Sequence record: DRR723986_13700
Strand: one strand, 5' to 3'
Length of the DNA stretch: 64,000 bases
Shown: positions 22,989-31,894 of the stretch, in pieces
How positions within the stretch are numbered: the stretch's first letter is position 1
Layout of the letters: every line of letters starts with the position of its first letter
Position numbers and translations under genes: made by a program
The notes under the pieces: model-generated
The model's input: only the letters and a program-made list of their open reading frames with translations
Databases searched by the model: none
What the model was told of the DNA's origin: nothing

Positions 22989-23996
22989 ATGAGTAGATTA
23001 AAACATATCAAAATTTCAAATTTTAAAACCCATTCTGGTAAGACTTCGGACCTTTCCTTGTCTTACCAGACTTTTGGTATTGATTTAGGAAAAGCACCAA
23101 TTGTTTTAGTAATTCACGCACTTACCGGAAACTCTACTGTTACTGGACCAAATGGCTGGTGGAATGACCTAATTGGTGAAGATAAGTGTATTGATACTAG
23201 CACTTATACTATTTTGGCATTCAACATACCCGGGAATGGTTTTGATACTTCGGCAACCGATTTAATCGATAATTATAAAGATTATAACGCTAGGGATATT
23301 GCCAAAATTTTTGCACTTGGTATTGAGGAACTCGGTATCGATTCTCTGTTTTCAGTAATAGGTGGTTCCGTTGGTGGAGGCATTGCATGGGAATTAGCAG
23401 CACTAAAACCAAATCTTATTAAAAACCTTATTCCAATTGCAACTGATTGGAAATCTACAGATTGGCTAATTGCAAATTGCCATATTCAAGATGCTATTCT
23501 AAATAATTCTAGAAAACCTTTAGAAGATGCAAGGATGCATGCTATGACTCTTTATAGAACACCTGAATCCTTTACCGAAAAGTTTGTGCGATCAAAGAGA
23601 AACTCAAATTTATTTAATGTAGAATCTTGGTTAAATCATCATGGAAAAAGGCTAAACGATAGATTTATACTATCTGCTTACAAAATGATGAATCATATAT
23701 TAAGAACTATTGACATAACCGAAGGAAGAAGTAATTTTATTGAGGTTGCACGTCAGATATCATCAAACATCCATATTGTGACGATTAATTCAGATCTATT
23801 CTTCAAACCAGAAGAAAACTGGTCTGCTTTTGTTGATTTAAAAGGCGTAAAGAACAATGTGGCAATTCACGAAATTAAATCTATTCATGGGCACGATGCA
23901 TTCTTAATTGAATTTGACCAGCTTGCAAAGTTTTTAAAACCAATTTTTAAAACATTTAAAAAAACTGAAAAATTGCTAGAAAAAAATGTTGCATAA
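22989..23996 (+). CDS. metX: Homoserine O-acyltransferase (MetX family)
   Basis: HALTG, GWW, GGSVGG nucleophile, SDLFF, HGHDAFL. Confidence 0.85.
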   Translation: MSRLKHIKISNFKTHSGKTSDLSLSYQTFGIDLGKAPIVLVIHALTGNSTVTGPNGWWNDLIGEDKCIDTSTYTILAFNIPGNGFDTSATDLIDNYKDYNARDIAKIFALGIEELGIDSLFSVIGGSVGGGIAWELAALKPNLIKNLIPIATDWKSTDWLIANCHIQDAILNNSRKPLEDARMHAMTLYRTPESFTEKFVRSKRNSNLFNVESWLNHHGKRLNDRFILSAYKMMNHILRTIDITEGRSNFIEVARQISSNIHIVTINSDLFFKPEENWSAFVDLKGVKNNVAIHEIKSIHGHDAFLIEFDQLAKFLKPIFKTFKKTEKLLEKNVA

Positions 23997-24018
23997 ATAA
24001 AGCATAAATATTGTAGAT

Positions 24019-24047
24019 AAAGTCGAACCGTTAGTTCGGCTTTTTTT
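24019..24047 (+). terminator. Intrinsic terminator of the met operon
   Basis: AAAGTCGAAC-CGTTA-GTTCGGCTTT followed by a T-run. Confidence 0.75.
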
Positions 24048-24089
24048 ATTTAATAAGTATATTAGCTTTATTATAAAAGCATTGATTTG

Positions 24090-24563
24090 ATGACTAAGAA
24101 AGAACAATTTATGATGGAAGCTGTAAATGCAGCTTTAAAAGGAATGCATAATAATGAAGGAGGACCCTTTGGTTGTGTAATTGTTAAAGACGGAAAAATT
24201 GTAGGCCGAGGCAACAATAAAGTGACTTCCGCCAATGACCCAACAGCACATGCTGAGGTAACTGCTATTAGAGAAGCTTGTAAAAATCTAAATTCGTTTC
24301 AATTAGAGGGTTGCGAAATTTACACATCTTGTGAGCCTTGCCCAATGTGTTTAGGTGCTATTTATTGGGCAAGACCAGATAAAGTATATTACGGAAGTAA
24401 TCAAGTAGACGCAGCTAATATTGGTTTTGATGACGCGTTCATTTACAAAGAAATTCCTTTACCTTACAATAAAAGAAGTATTCCTTTTGAACAACTTGGG
24501 CACAAAATTGCTTTAAAACCATTTGAAGAATGGTCTAAAAAGGAAGATAAAATTGAATACTAG
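24090..24563 (+). CDS. guaD: Guanine deaminase-like nucleoside/nucleobase deaminase (CDA superfamily)
   Basis: GGPFG, DPTAHAE, SCEPCPMC, GFDDAFIY; ATG at 24090. Confidence 0.8.
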   Translation: MTKKEQFMMEAVNAALKGMHNNEGGPFGCVIVKDGKIVGRGNNKVTSANDPTAHAEVTAIREACKNLNSFQLEGCEIYTSCEPCPMCLGAIYWARPDKVYYGSNQVDAANIGFDDAFIYKEIPLPYNKRSIPFEQLGHKIALKPFEEWSKKEDKIEY

Positions 24564-24607
24564 AACCATTCTGCCTTATATCAAATTTATTTTTTAACTA
24601 TTTTCTG

Positions 24608-24631
24608 TAATCTTTAAGAATTAACTTCGAC
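24608..24631 (+). promoter_or_regulatory. Candidate ECF-sigma-like promoter TAA-N15-TTCGAC upstream of the ars operon
   Basis: Same motif and spacing recur at 34737-34760. Confidence 0.35.
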
Positions 24632-24677
24632 AAAAAATCCTATATTCCTTTTTTGTACAAATTATAAAAATTCACAC

Positions 24678-25013
24678 ATGTCTAAAACCTATTATGACCC
24701 ATCAGATTTAAGAAAATTTGGCAATATCACAGAGTGGGACGAAGAACTTGGCAATAAGTTTTTTGAATATTACGGAAAGGTATTTGAAGAAGGAGCGTTA
24801 ACAGCAAGAGAAAAATCGCTAATTGCTTTGGCCGTTTCACACACAGAACAATGCCCTTATTGTATCGATGCCTACACCAAAGACACCTTACAACGCGGAG
24901 TAACCAAGGAAGAAATGATGGAAGCCATTCATGTTGGTGCAGCTATAAAAAGTGGAGCCACACTTGTACATGGCGTGCAAATGATGAATAAGGTTAATAA
25001 ACTTGATGGATAA
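24678..25013 (+). CDS. AhpD/CMD-like peroxidase-related protein associated with arsenosugar radical SAM clusters
   Basis: LTAREKSLIALAV..QCPYCID CxxC motif; directly before arsS. Confidence 0.85.
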   Translation: MSKTYYDPSDLRKFGNITEWDEELGNKFFEYYGKVFEEGALTAREKSLIALAVSHTEQCPYCIDAYTKDTLQRGVTKEEMMEAIHVGAAIKSGATLVHGVQMMNKVNKLDG

Positions 25014-25020
25014 TTATTAG

Positions 25021-26085
25021 ATGACAAAAGTAAAAACACAATCTTTACATAAACGAGAAAGCGATTTAGCTAATAGTAACAGACAGTTAGAAATATTATC
25101 TAATGGTATTTTTCAAAATGGCGAACTACCAAAATTTAAGGATAAAATTGCTGAGACCAATCAATTTCCACTTAAGGCTAGAAAGTTAGAAATACTTCAA
25201 ATCAACGTTGGCTACATGTGTAATCAAGTATGTGAACATTGCCATGTAGACGCTGGTCCTGATCGAAAAGAAATTATGACCAAAGAGACTATGCTAAAAT
25301 GTCTTGAGGTTATAAAAAACACTGGTGCTCATACTTTAGATTTAACTGGTGGAGCACCAGAAATGAATCCTAATTTTAGATGGTTTGTAGAGGAAGCTTC
25401 TAAAGCAGGTATTAAAGATTTTATAGTTCGTTCTAATCTCACAATAATAAGAGCAAATAAAAAATATTACGATTTACCAGAGTTTTTTAAAAAGCACAAC
25501 GTACATGTTGTGAGCTCAATGCCACATTGGACACGTGGTAAAACAGATAAACAACGTGGTGATGGTGTTTTTGATAAATCTATAAAGGCTCTTCAAGAAC
25601 TGAATGCCGTAGGTTATGGAATGCCCAATAGTGATCTGAGATTAGATTTAGTATATAATCCTTCAGGTGCATTTTTACCAGGCGACCAAGCGTCAATGGA
25701 AAAAGATTTTAAAAAGGCATTAATGGAAGATTTTAGTATTCAGTTTCACAATCTTTTTGCTATCACCAATTTACCAATTAGCCGTTTCTTAGATTACCTG
25801 ATTGCTTCTGAAAACTATGAAGATTACATGTATCAATTGGTAGAAGCTTATAATCCAGCAGCGGTTTCAAATGTGATGTGTACTAACACGTTATCTGTAA
25901 GTTGGGACGGTTATTTATTTGATTGCGACTTTAACCAAATGTTAGAATTACCTGTAAATAGTAAGGTAAAACACATATCTGATTACAACGAAGAATTGTT
26001 GGAAGGCAGAAATATTGTAATTTCTCAACATTGTTATGGTTGTACAGCTGGAGCAGGAAGTAGTTGTCAAGGATCTGTTGCCTAA
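25021..26085 (+). CDS. arsS: Arsenosugar biosynthesis radical SAM protein (Cys form)
   Basis: CNQVCEHC radical SAM motif, DLTGGAPE, LVYNP, DCDFNQ, C-terminal HCYGCTAGAGSSCQG. Confidence 0.88.
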   Translation: MTKVKTQSLHKRESDLANSNRQLEILSNGIFQNGELPKFKDKIAETNQFPLKARKLEILQINVGYMCNQVCEHCHVDAGPDRKEIMTKETMLKCLEVIKNTGAHTLDLTGGAPEMNPNFRWFVEEASKAGIKDFIVRSNLTIIRANKKYYDLPEFFKKHNVHVVSSMPHWTRGKTDKQRGDGVFDKSIKALQELNAVGYGMPNSDLRLDLVYNPSGAFLPGDQASMEKDFKKALMEDFSIQFHNLFAITNLPISRFLDYLIASENYEDYMYQLVEAYNPAAVSNVMCTNTLSVSWDGYLFDCDFNQMLELPVNSKVKHISDYNEELLEGRNIVISQHCYGCTAGAGSSCQGSVA

Positions 26086-26089
26086 AACT

Positions 26090-26587
26090 ATGATTAAATC
26101 AACGATTCACATATTAATTTTATTTATTGGATTGATAGGATTCTCACAAGAATCATTATCAGAAGTATTGAAAAAATACAATACAGAAAACATCCCTTAT
26201 ATCTCAGTTAATAAATTAAATGAATCCTACTCGAACACCATAATTTTGGATGCCAGAGAAAATTCAGAATTCAATGTAAGTCATCTTCAAAATGCAATAC
26301 ATGTTGGGTATGATGATTTCAAAATTTCTCAGATTAAAAACCTAATAAAAAATACTGAGAGCAAAATTGTAGTCTACTGCTCTATAGGCGTTCGTTCAGA
26401 AGATATTGCGATAAAGCTTCAAGAGGCTGGATACACTAATGTTTACAATCTTTTTGGCGGAATTTTTGAATGGAAAAACAACAGTTTCACTGTATATGAT
26501 AATGATAATAAACCAACGGAAAAGGTTCATGCCTATTCTAAAACTTGGGGCAAATGGTTACTAAAAGGAATTAAAGTTTATGACTGA
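26090..26587 (+). CDS. Rhodanese-like domain protein with signal peptide
   Basis: ILDARE..EFNVSHL, VYCSIGVRS, NLFGGIFEW; likely ATG at 26090 (MIKSTIHILILFIGLIGFSQ) rather than 26036. Confidence 0.85.
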   Translation: MIKSTIHILILFIGLIGFSQESLSEVLKKYNTENIPYISVNKLNESYSNTIILDARENSEFNVSHLQNAIHVGYDDFKISQIKNLIKNTESKIVVYCSIGVRSEDIAIKLQEAGYTNVYNLFGGIFEWKNNSFTVYDNDNKPTEKVHAYSKTWGKWLLKGIKVYD

Positions 26588-27209
26588 TGCACTCGTAATT
26601 GTTTTTGTAAAGAATATAAAATTAGGTACTGTTAAAACCAGACTAGCTAAAACTATTGGTGACTTGGGCGCTTTTGAAGTATATACTGAATTAGTTAAAA
26701 TTACAGAAAAAGCCACCTCTAAAATTTCATTTGAAAAACGGATTTACTTTTCAAACTCAGTTGTAGATAATCAATGGGAAAATGAATTTAAAGCGGTTCA
26801 AAATGGTGAAGATTTAGGTGAGCGCATGTTAAACGCATTTAATGATGGATTTAACGCTGGTTATAAAAAGATTGTTTTAATTGGGTCTGACTTACCTGAT
26901 ATAAATGAAACTCATATATACAATGCTATTGAGGCGTTAAATGAAAGTAATGTTGTATTTGGACCAGCAGAAGATGGTGGTTATTATCTTATTGGTCTAA
27001 GCGCCTTGGTTCCAGAAATATTTCAGAATAAACCATGGAGTCAACCTCAACTGCTAGATAAAACGTTACATGAGTTACAAAAGCTTGATTTTAAAGTAAG
27101 TATTTTAGACACTTTAAATGATATTGATACGTATGAAGATTTGATTGCTTCCAATTTCTTCAAATCAAACCTTAAATTACAAGAAAAAATACAGCAACTA
27201 AATGATTAA
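26580..27209 (+). CDS. CofC-like / DUF2064 transferase (TIGR04282-type, rSAM/arsenosugar-associated)
   Basis: K..GTVKTRLA, Q.GEDLGERM, IGSDLP, GPAEDGGYYLIG, DIDT. Confidence 0.85.
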   Translation: MTDALVIVFVKNIKLGTVKTRLAKTIGDLGAFEVYTELVKITEKATSKISFEKRIYFSNSVVDNQWENEFKAVQNGEDLGERMLNAFNDGFNAGYKKIVLIGSDLPDINETHIYNAIEALNESNVVFGPAEDGGYYLIGLSALVPEIFQNKPWSQPQLLDKTLHELQKLDFKVSILDTLNDIDTYEDLIASNFFKSNLKLQEKIQQLND

Positions 27210-28014
27210 ACAAATTACTGAAAGCACTGAATACCTTAAGAATAAAGGATTCGAAAATCCCGAAGTTGGTATTATTCTGGGCACAGGTTTAGGGCAATTA
27301 ATTAATGAAATTGAAATCCTAGCAGAAGCCAGTTATAATCACATACCAAACTTCCCTACTGCAACCGTAGAATTTCATAAAGGGAAATTAATTTATGGTG
27401 TTTTAGAGGGTAAAAAAGTTGTTGTAATGCAAGGTCGTTTTCATATCTATGAAGGTTACACGCTACAAGATGTTACATTTCCGGTAAGAATAATGGAAAA
27501 ACTAGGCATTAAGACTTTATTAGTTTCTAATGCTGCAGGAGCCATTAATCTCAACTTTAAAAAAGGCGAATTAATGCTTATTGATGACCACATTAATCTT
27601 CAAGGCGGTTCACCGCTAGCTTTCAAAGGTGTTTCAGAATTAGGAGAGCGTTTTACTGACATGAGTGCGCCTTATGATTTAGAACTAAATTCAAAATTTG
27701 AACGGATTGCCAAAGCAAAAAACATTAAGTTACATAATGGTGTATACACCAGTGTTGTTGGACCACAATTAGAAACACGTGCAGAATACAGAATGCTTAA
27801 AATCATTGGATCGGACGCTGTTGGTATGAGTACTGTACCTGAAATTATTGTTGCTAATCATTTAGGATTAAAAGCAGCAGCTGTGTCAGTTTTAACAGAT
27901 GAATGCGACCCAAAAAATCTAAAGCCTGTAGATATAGCAGAAATCATTGCTATGGCAGCAAAGGCTGAACCGAATATGATAACCCTTTTTAAAGAACTTA
28001 TTAAAACACTTTAA
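27202..28014 (+). CDS. Purine nucleoside phosphorylase (trimeric PNP/MTAP family)
   Basis: IILGTGLG, MQGRFHIYEG, SNAAG, DHIN, GPQLETRAE, VGMSTVPE. Confidence 0.92.
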   Translation: MIKQITESTEYLKNKGFENPEVGIILGTGLGQLINEIEILAEASYNHIPNFPTATVEFHKGKLIYGVLEGKKVVVMQGRFHIYEGYTLQDVTFPVRIMEKLGIKTLLVSNAAGAINLNFKKGELMLIDDHINLQGGSPLAFKGVSELGERFTDMSAPYDLELNSKFERIAKAKNIKLHNGVYTSVVGPQLETRAEYRMLKIIGSDAVGMSTVPEIIVANHLGLKAAAVSVLTDECDPKNLKPVDIAEIIAMAAKAEPNMITLFKELIKTL

Positions 28015-28017
28015 CAT

Positions 28018-28986
28018 ATGAGCTACTTAGAAGCTACAAACGATTTATATAAAGAAGCTGCATTAACTCCAGATGTAGGTTTATGTTGCACAACAAATCC
28101 TATTTGGGAGTTGCCTGGATTAAAAATTCCAAGAATAATGAAAGAAATGAATTACGGATGTGGTTCTACGGTTCATGCACGTGATTTAACTAATAACCCA
28201 AGAATGTTATATGTTGGTGTTGGAGGTGGCATGGAGTTATTACAATTCTCATATTTTAATAGACAAAAAGGTGGTGTCATTGGCGTTGATGTCGTTGACG
28301 AAATGCTAGAGGCTTCTCGAAAAAACTTTATAGAAGCTGAAGCTCAAAATGACTGGTTTAAAAGTGAGTTTGTAGACCTTAAGAAAGGAGATGCCATGAA
28401 TCTTCCTGTTGAAGACAATAGCATTGATGTTGCAGCTCAAAACTGCTTATTCAACATATTTAAAGCAGAGGATTTAAAGAAAGCCATTGCAGAAATGTAT
28501 CGTGTTTTAAAACCTCATGGACGATTGGTAATGAGTGACCCAACTTGTGAGCAACCCATGAATGACACATTGCGAAATGACGATAGACTGAGAGCATTAT
28601 GCCTTAGCGGCAGTTTGCCAATTGCTGACTATGTAAAGGCGTTGACAGATGCCGGATTTGGAACTATTGAAATCCGAGCACGCAAACCATACAGAATTCT
28701 GGACCCTAAAAATTATCCAACAGACGAATTAATATATATAGAATCCATTGAAGTTGCAGCTATTAAAGACCCAATGCCAGCTGATGGTCCTTGTATTTTT
28801 ACTGGAAAAGCAGCCATCTATTATGGTGATGACGATTATTTTGATGATAAAGCAGGACATGTTTTATTAAAAAATCAGCCTTTAGCTATTTGTGATAAAA
28901 CTGCTGGAGCCTTAGCTAGCTTAGGAAGAAACGATATATTCATTAGTGAATCTACATTTCATTACGATGGTGGTGGTTGCTGCTAA
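28018..28986 (+). CDS. arsM: Arsenite methyltransferase, arsenosugar-cluster type
   Basis: GLCC, NYGCG, SAM-binding YVGVGGG, QNCLFN, YRVLKPHG, ALCLSG, C-terminal GGGCC. Confidence 0.85.
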   Translation: MSYLEATNDLYKEAALTPDVGLCCTTNPIWELPGLKIPRIMKEMNYGCGSTVHARDLTNNPRMLYVGVGGGMELLQFSYFNRQKGGVIGVDVVDEMLEASRKNFIEAEAQNDWFKSEFVDLKKGDAMNLPVEDNSIDVAAQNCLFNIFKAEDLKKAIAEMYRVLKPHGRLVMSDPTCEQPMNDTLRNDDRLRALCLSGSLPIADYVKALTDAGFGTIEIRARKPYRILDPKNYPTDELIYIESIEVAAIKDPMPADGPCIFTGKAAIYYGDDDYFDDKAGHVLLKNQPLAICDKTAGALASLGRNDIFISESTFHYDGGGCC

Positions 28987-29031
28987 TCAATTCCTGAAAA
29001 TACAGGAACCTCTTAATTAGATAAAAATAAT

Positions 29032-29946
29032 TTGAAAAGTCTTTTCATTTTTTTATTAGTTATTTGTACATTCTCTTGTTGTGGGACAAAAGAAGCTATA
29101 GTTATTCAGCAAAAATCCACTAAAGAAGTTGCTGTTACAACAGAAGTTACTGTTCAAGTGGAACCTCCTGTTCAACCTACTCCACCTGAACCACCTCAAC
29201 CTCTAAAACCTGAAGAAAGTCAATTAAAAAATACCCAAAAAGATTCTCTAACAACGGCGTTGAATAGCTATCAAAAATTGTACAAAAGATCATTAACTGA
29301 ACATCAATTATGGGATCAAATACTAATAAAACATGTCTCCAATGCTGGTAAAGTAGATTACGAAGGATTAAAAAAAGATAGAAAAAATCTATTCGGATAT
29401 ATAAAATTGCTTCAAATTACTTACGAAAAAGTAAACTCCGTAACTAACAGATCTGATAAAGAACTACTAGCTTTTTGGATTAATGCATACAACGCACTAA
29501 CTATTGATTTAATAATCCGTAATTATCCATTAAAAAGCATCAAGCATATTAAAGACCCTTGGGATCAACGCCTTTGGAAATTCGGAGAAAAATGGCTCAA
29601 TCTCAATGATATTGAGCACGAAATTTTACGAAAAATGAATGAACCGCGAATTCATTTTGCCATCGTTTGTGCTTCAGAATCTTGCCCAAAACTTCAAAAT
29701 AATGCGTTTACTGCAGAAAATCTTGATGCACAATTAACAGATGCTACAAATGAATTTCTAGCAGACACTTCTAAAAATGAAATATCACAAAGTGAAATTA
29801 GACTGTCCAAAATCTTTAAGTGGTTTAAAAAAGATTTTGAGCAAAATGGAAGCTTAATTGATTTTTTAAACCAATATTCAGACATTACTATTTCAAATAC
29901 CGCAAAACGAAGTTATAAAGACTATAATTGGGATTTAAATGAATAA
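29032..29946 (+). CDS. DUF547-family exported protein or lipoprotein
   Basis: Signal with FSCC, Pro-rich linker, LAFWINAYN, IEHEILR, EPRIHFAIVCASESCP, SKIFKWF, YNWDLN. Confidence 0.85.
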   Translation: MKSLFIFLLVICTFSCCGTKEAIVIQQKSTKEVAVTTEVTVQVEPPVQPTPPEPPQPLKPEESQLKNTQKDSLTTALNSYQKLYKRSLTEHQLWDQILIKHVSNAGKVDYEGLKKDRKNLFGYIKLLQITYEKVNSVTNRSDKELLAFWINAYNALTIDLIIRNYPLKSIKHIKDPWDQRLWKFGEKWLNLNDIEHEILRKMNEPRIHFAIVCASESCPKLQNNAFTAENLDAQLTDATNEFLADTSKNEISQSEIRLSKIFKWFKKDFEQNGSLIDFLNQYSDITISNTAKRSYKDYNWDLNE

Positions 29947-30637
29947 GATTTCTATCATTATTCCCGTATTAAACGAGATAGAATCCATTAAAGATTTACT
30001 CTTTCATTTAATTGATAATGCTTCGCTAAATTCCATTTCAGAGATTATAGTAGTTGATGGTGGCAGTACTGATGGTACTCAAGACCTTGTTAAATCATTA
30101 GATTTAAAAATTACCCTTTTAAATTCTAAAAAAGGAAGAGCCAAACAAATGAATCTTGGAGCAAAAAAAGCCAAAGGAGATATTCTATATTTTCTACATG
30201 CTGATGCTTTTCCACCATATAGGTACGACCAACTTATTATTGCAGAAGTCACCAATGGAAACAAAGCTGGTTGTTTTAGAATGCAGTTTGAAAGTAATCA
30301 TTGGTGGTTACTTTTAGCTAGTTGGCTGACACAATTTTCTTGGAGAGCCTGCAGAGGCGGAGACCAAAGTCAATTTATAACTCGAGAACTCTTTGATGAA
30401 ATTGGCGGATATGATGAAGGCTACATCATTTACGAAGACAATATTTTAATTAATGAACTTTATGCTCGCAAACAGTTTGTGGTTATCAATAAAAAAATTA
30501 GAACTTCAGCCAGACTTTACAAAAAAGTTGGTGTTTGGAAACTACAATACCATTTTTGGGCTATTTATGTGAAGCGTTGGTTCGGTGCTACTGCAGGTGA
30601 AATATTGGCATACTACAAAAAGAATATTGCATCATAA
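29939..30637 (+). CDS. GT2 glycosyltransferase (TIGR04283-type, rSAM/arsenosugar-associated)
   Basis: SIIIPVLNE, VDGGSTD, GRAKQMNLGA, FLHAD, GDQSQF, YED, TSAR. Confidence 0.87.
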   Translation: MNKISIIIPVLNEIESIKDLLFHLIDNASLNSISEIIVVDGGSTDGTQDLVKSLDLKITLLNSKKGRAKQMNLGAKKAKGDILYFLHADAFPPYRYDQLIIAEVTNGNKAGCFRMQFESNHWWLLLASWLTQFSWRACRGGDQSQFITRELFDEIGGYDEGYIIYEDNILINELYARKQFVVINKKIRTSARLYKKVGVWKLQYHFWAIYVKRWFGATAGEILAYYKKNIAS

Positions 30638-30660
30638 ATCATCTTGTGTATCTTTAAATT

Positions 30661-31770
30661 GTGAAACCATTAGAGATCATTCTTTCCATATTTTTATCAA
30701 TAGGTGCCATTCAGGGCATTGTTTATGGTATCATTTTATGGAAAAATCAAAACATAAATAAAACGGCCAATAGATACTTAGCCATTATTCTTTGGTTTTT
30801 TGCGTACAGATTATTGGTAGAAGTCTTTAAACTATTTGGTATAGGTTATTACGATACTTGGTATCATATTTTATTAGAGTATAATTGGATTTATGGTGCA
30901 CTTATTTTCTTTTTTGTTAAAGCCTGTGTCACGCCTAATTTTAAGTTACATTTAAAACATGATTGGATTCATTTTATCCCAGTAAGCATTGAATTTATAT
31001 GGAGTAATTTTATAAAAACACAAAATTTCTTTTGGGACGGCACAAGAGAAAGTCTCTCATGGTTAGGATATTGGGGCTACGTAGTTTGGATGCAACTACC
31101 AACGCAATACATTATTAGTGCGGCCTTAATAATAGTATATGTCTCTAAATCTGAAAAGTTACTTTCAAAATCTGATTATGACACCTATAAATTAATTTCA
31201 CAAAATACGACGTGGATTAAACGCTTATTAAAACTTATGAAGTATTACGCAATAGTTGTCATTGTGCTAGTACTTGCAGACTATTTGTTCTTTGATTATG
31301 CTTTTAATCGTTTTTATAACTACCCAATTTTTATTGGTATGGCACTTATAACCTATTGGTTAGGTATTGAAGGCTTCAATAAAAAAGACAACCAAATTAT
31401 TAAGACTAAATCTGTACTAGACCCTAAAGAAAAGACACTGTTAGATGATATCGCTTCTAAACTTGAAACTTTAATGAATACCGAAAAGGCATATAAAAAT
31501 CCAGATATTACACTATCGAGTTTATCACAACAACTTGGTGTAAAATCTTATTTAACGACCAAGTGTTTAAATATTATTTATGAAAAAAAGTTTAATGACT
31601 TTATAAACGAATACCGTATCAAAGAACTAAAATCACTTCTTAAAGATCCTAAAAACAGTAATTACACATTATTAAGTCTTGCTTTTGAATCAGGATTTAA
31701 CTCTAAAGCCTCTTTTAACAGAGCTGTAAAAAAATTCACGGAAAAATCACCAAGCGCCCTAAAAGACTGA
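30661..31770 (+). CDS. Membrane-anchored AraC-family transcriptional regulator
   Basis: Multiple N-terminal TM segments; C-terminal FNDFINEYRI...LAFESGFNSKASFNR. Confidence 0.9.
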   Translation: MKPLEIILSIFLSIGAIQGIVYGIILWKNQNINKTANRYLAIILWFFAYRLLVEVFKLFGIGYYDTWYHILLEYNWIYGALIFFFVKACVTPNFKLHLKHDWIHFIPVSIEFIWSNFIKTQNFFWDGTRESLSWLGYWGYVVWMQLPTQYIISAALIIVYVSKSEKLLSKSDYDTYKLISQNTTWIKRLLKLMKYYAIVVIVLVLADYLFFDYAFNRFYNYPIFIGMALITYWLGIEGFNKKDNQIIKTKSVLDPKEKTLLDDIASKLETLMNTEKAYKNPDITLSSLSQQLGVKSYLTTKCLNIIYEKKFNDFINEYRIKELKSLLKDPKNSNYTLLSLAFESGFNSKASFNRAVKKFTEKSPSALKD

Positions 31771-31779
31771 TTTTTTCAG

Positions 31780-31843
31780 GTCTCATTTTTACAAATGATA
31801 CATTTTATACCTGCTAAAAATGTCTCAAATCTGTAATTGAGTC
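31780..31843. promoter_or_regulatory. Two GTCTCA-N10-TGA(G/T)(A/T)C imperfect inverted repeats, candidate AraC binding sites
   Basis: 31780-31801 GTCTCATTTTTACAAATGATAC and 31822-31843 GTCTCAAATCTGTAATTGAGTC, 42 bp apart; near-consensus -7 element CATATTTG at 31865. Confidence 0.55.
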
Positions 31844-31894
31844 GACTGGCATTGCCTTTAATCTCATATTTGTCTCATCAATTTAAATCTAAGT

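Noticed and set aside
25021-26085. Selenoprotein forms of ArsS (and of SelO at 50365-51927)
   Set aside because: The relevant positions are Cys codons (TGT at 26065-26067; SelO ends SCSS); no in-frame TGA
26036-26089. N-terminal extensions in the ORF track for the rhodanese (26036), GH31 (61677) and GAF fragment (52918)
   Set aside because: They overlap the upstream gene, a repeat or a promoter element; downstream starts give proper signal peptides or spacing
29155-29215. Tandem DNA repeat (CAACCT/GAACC units)
   Set aside because: Imperfect and explained by the Pro-rich linker codons of the DUF547 protein
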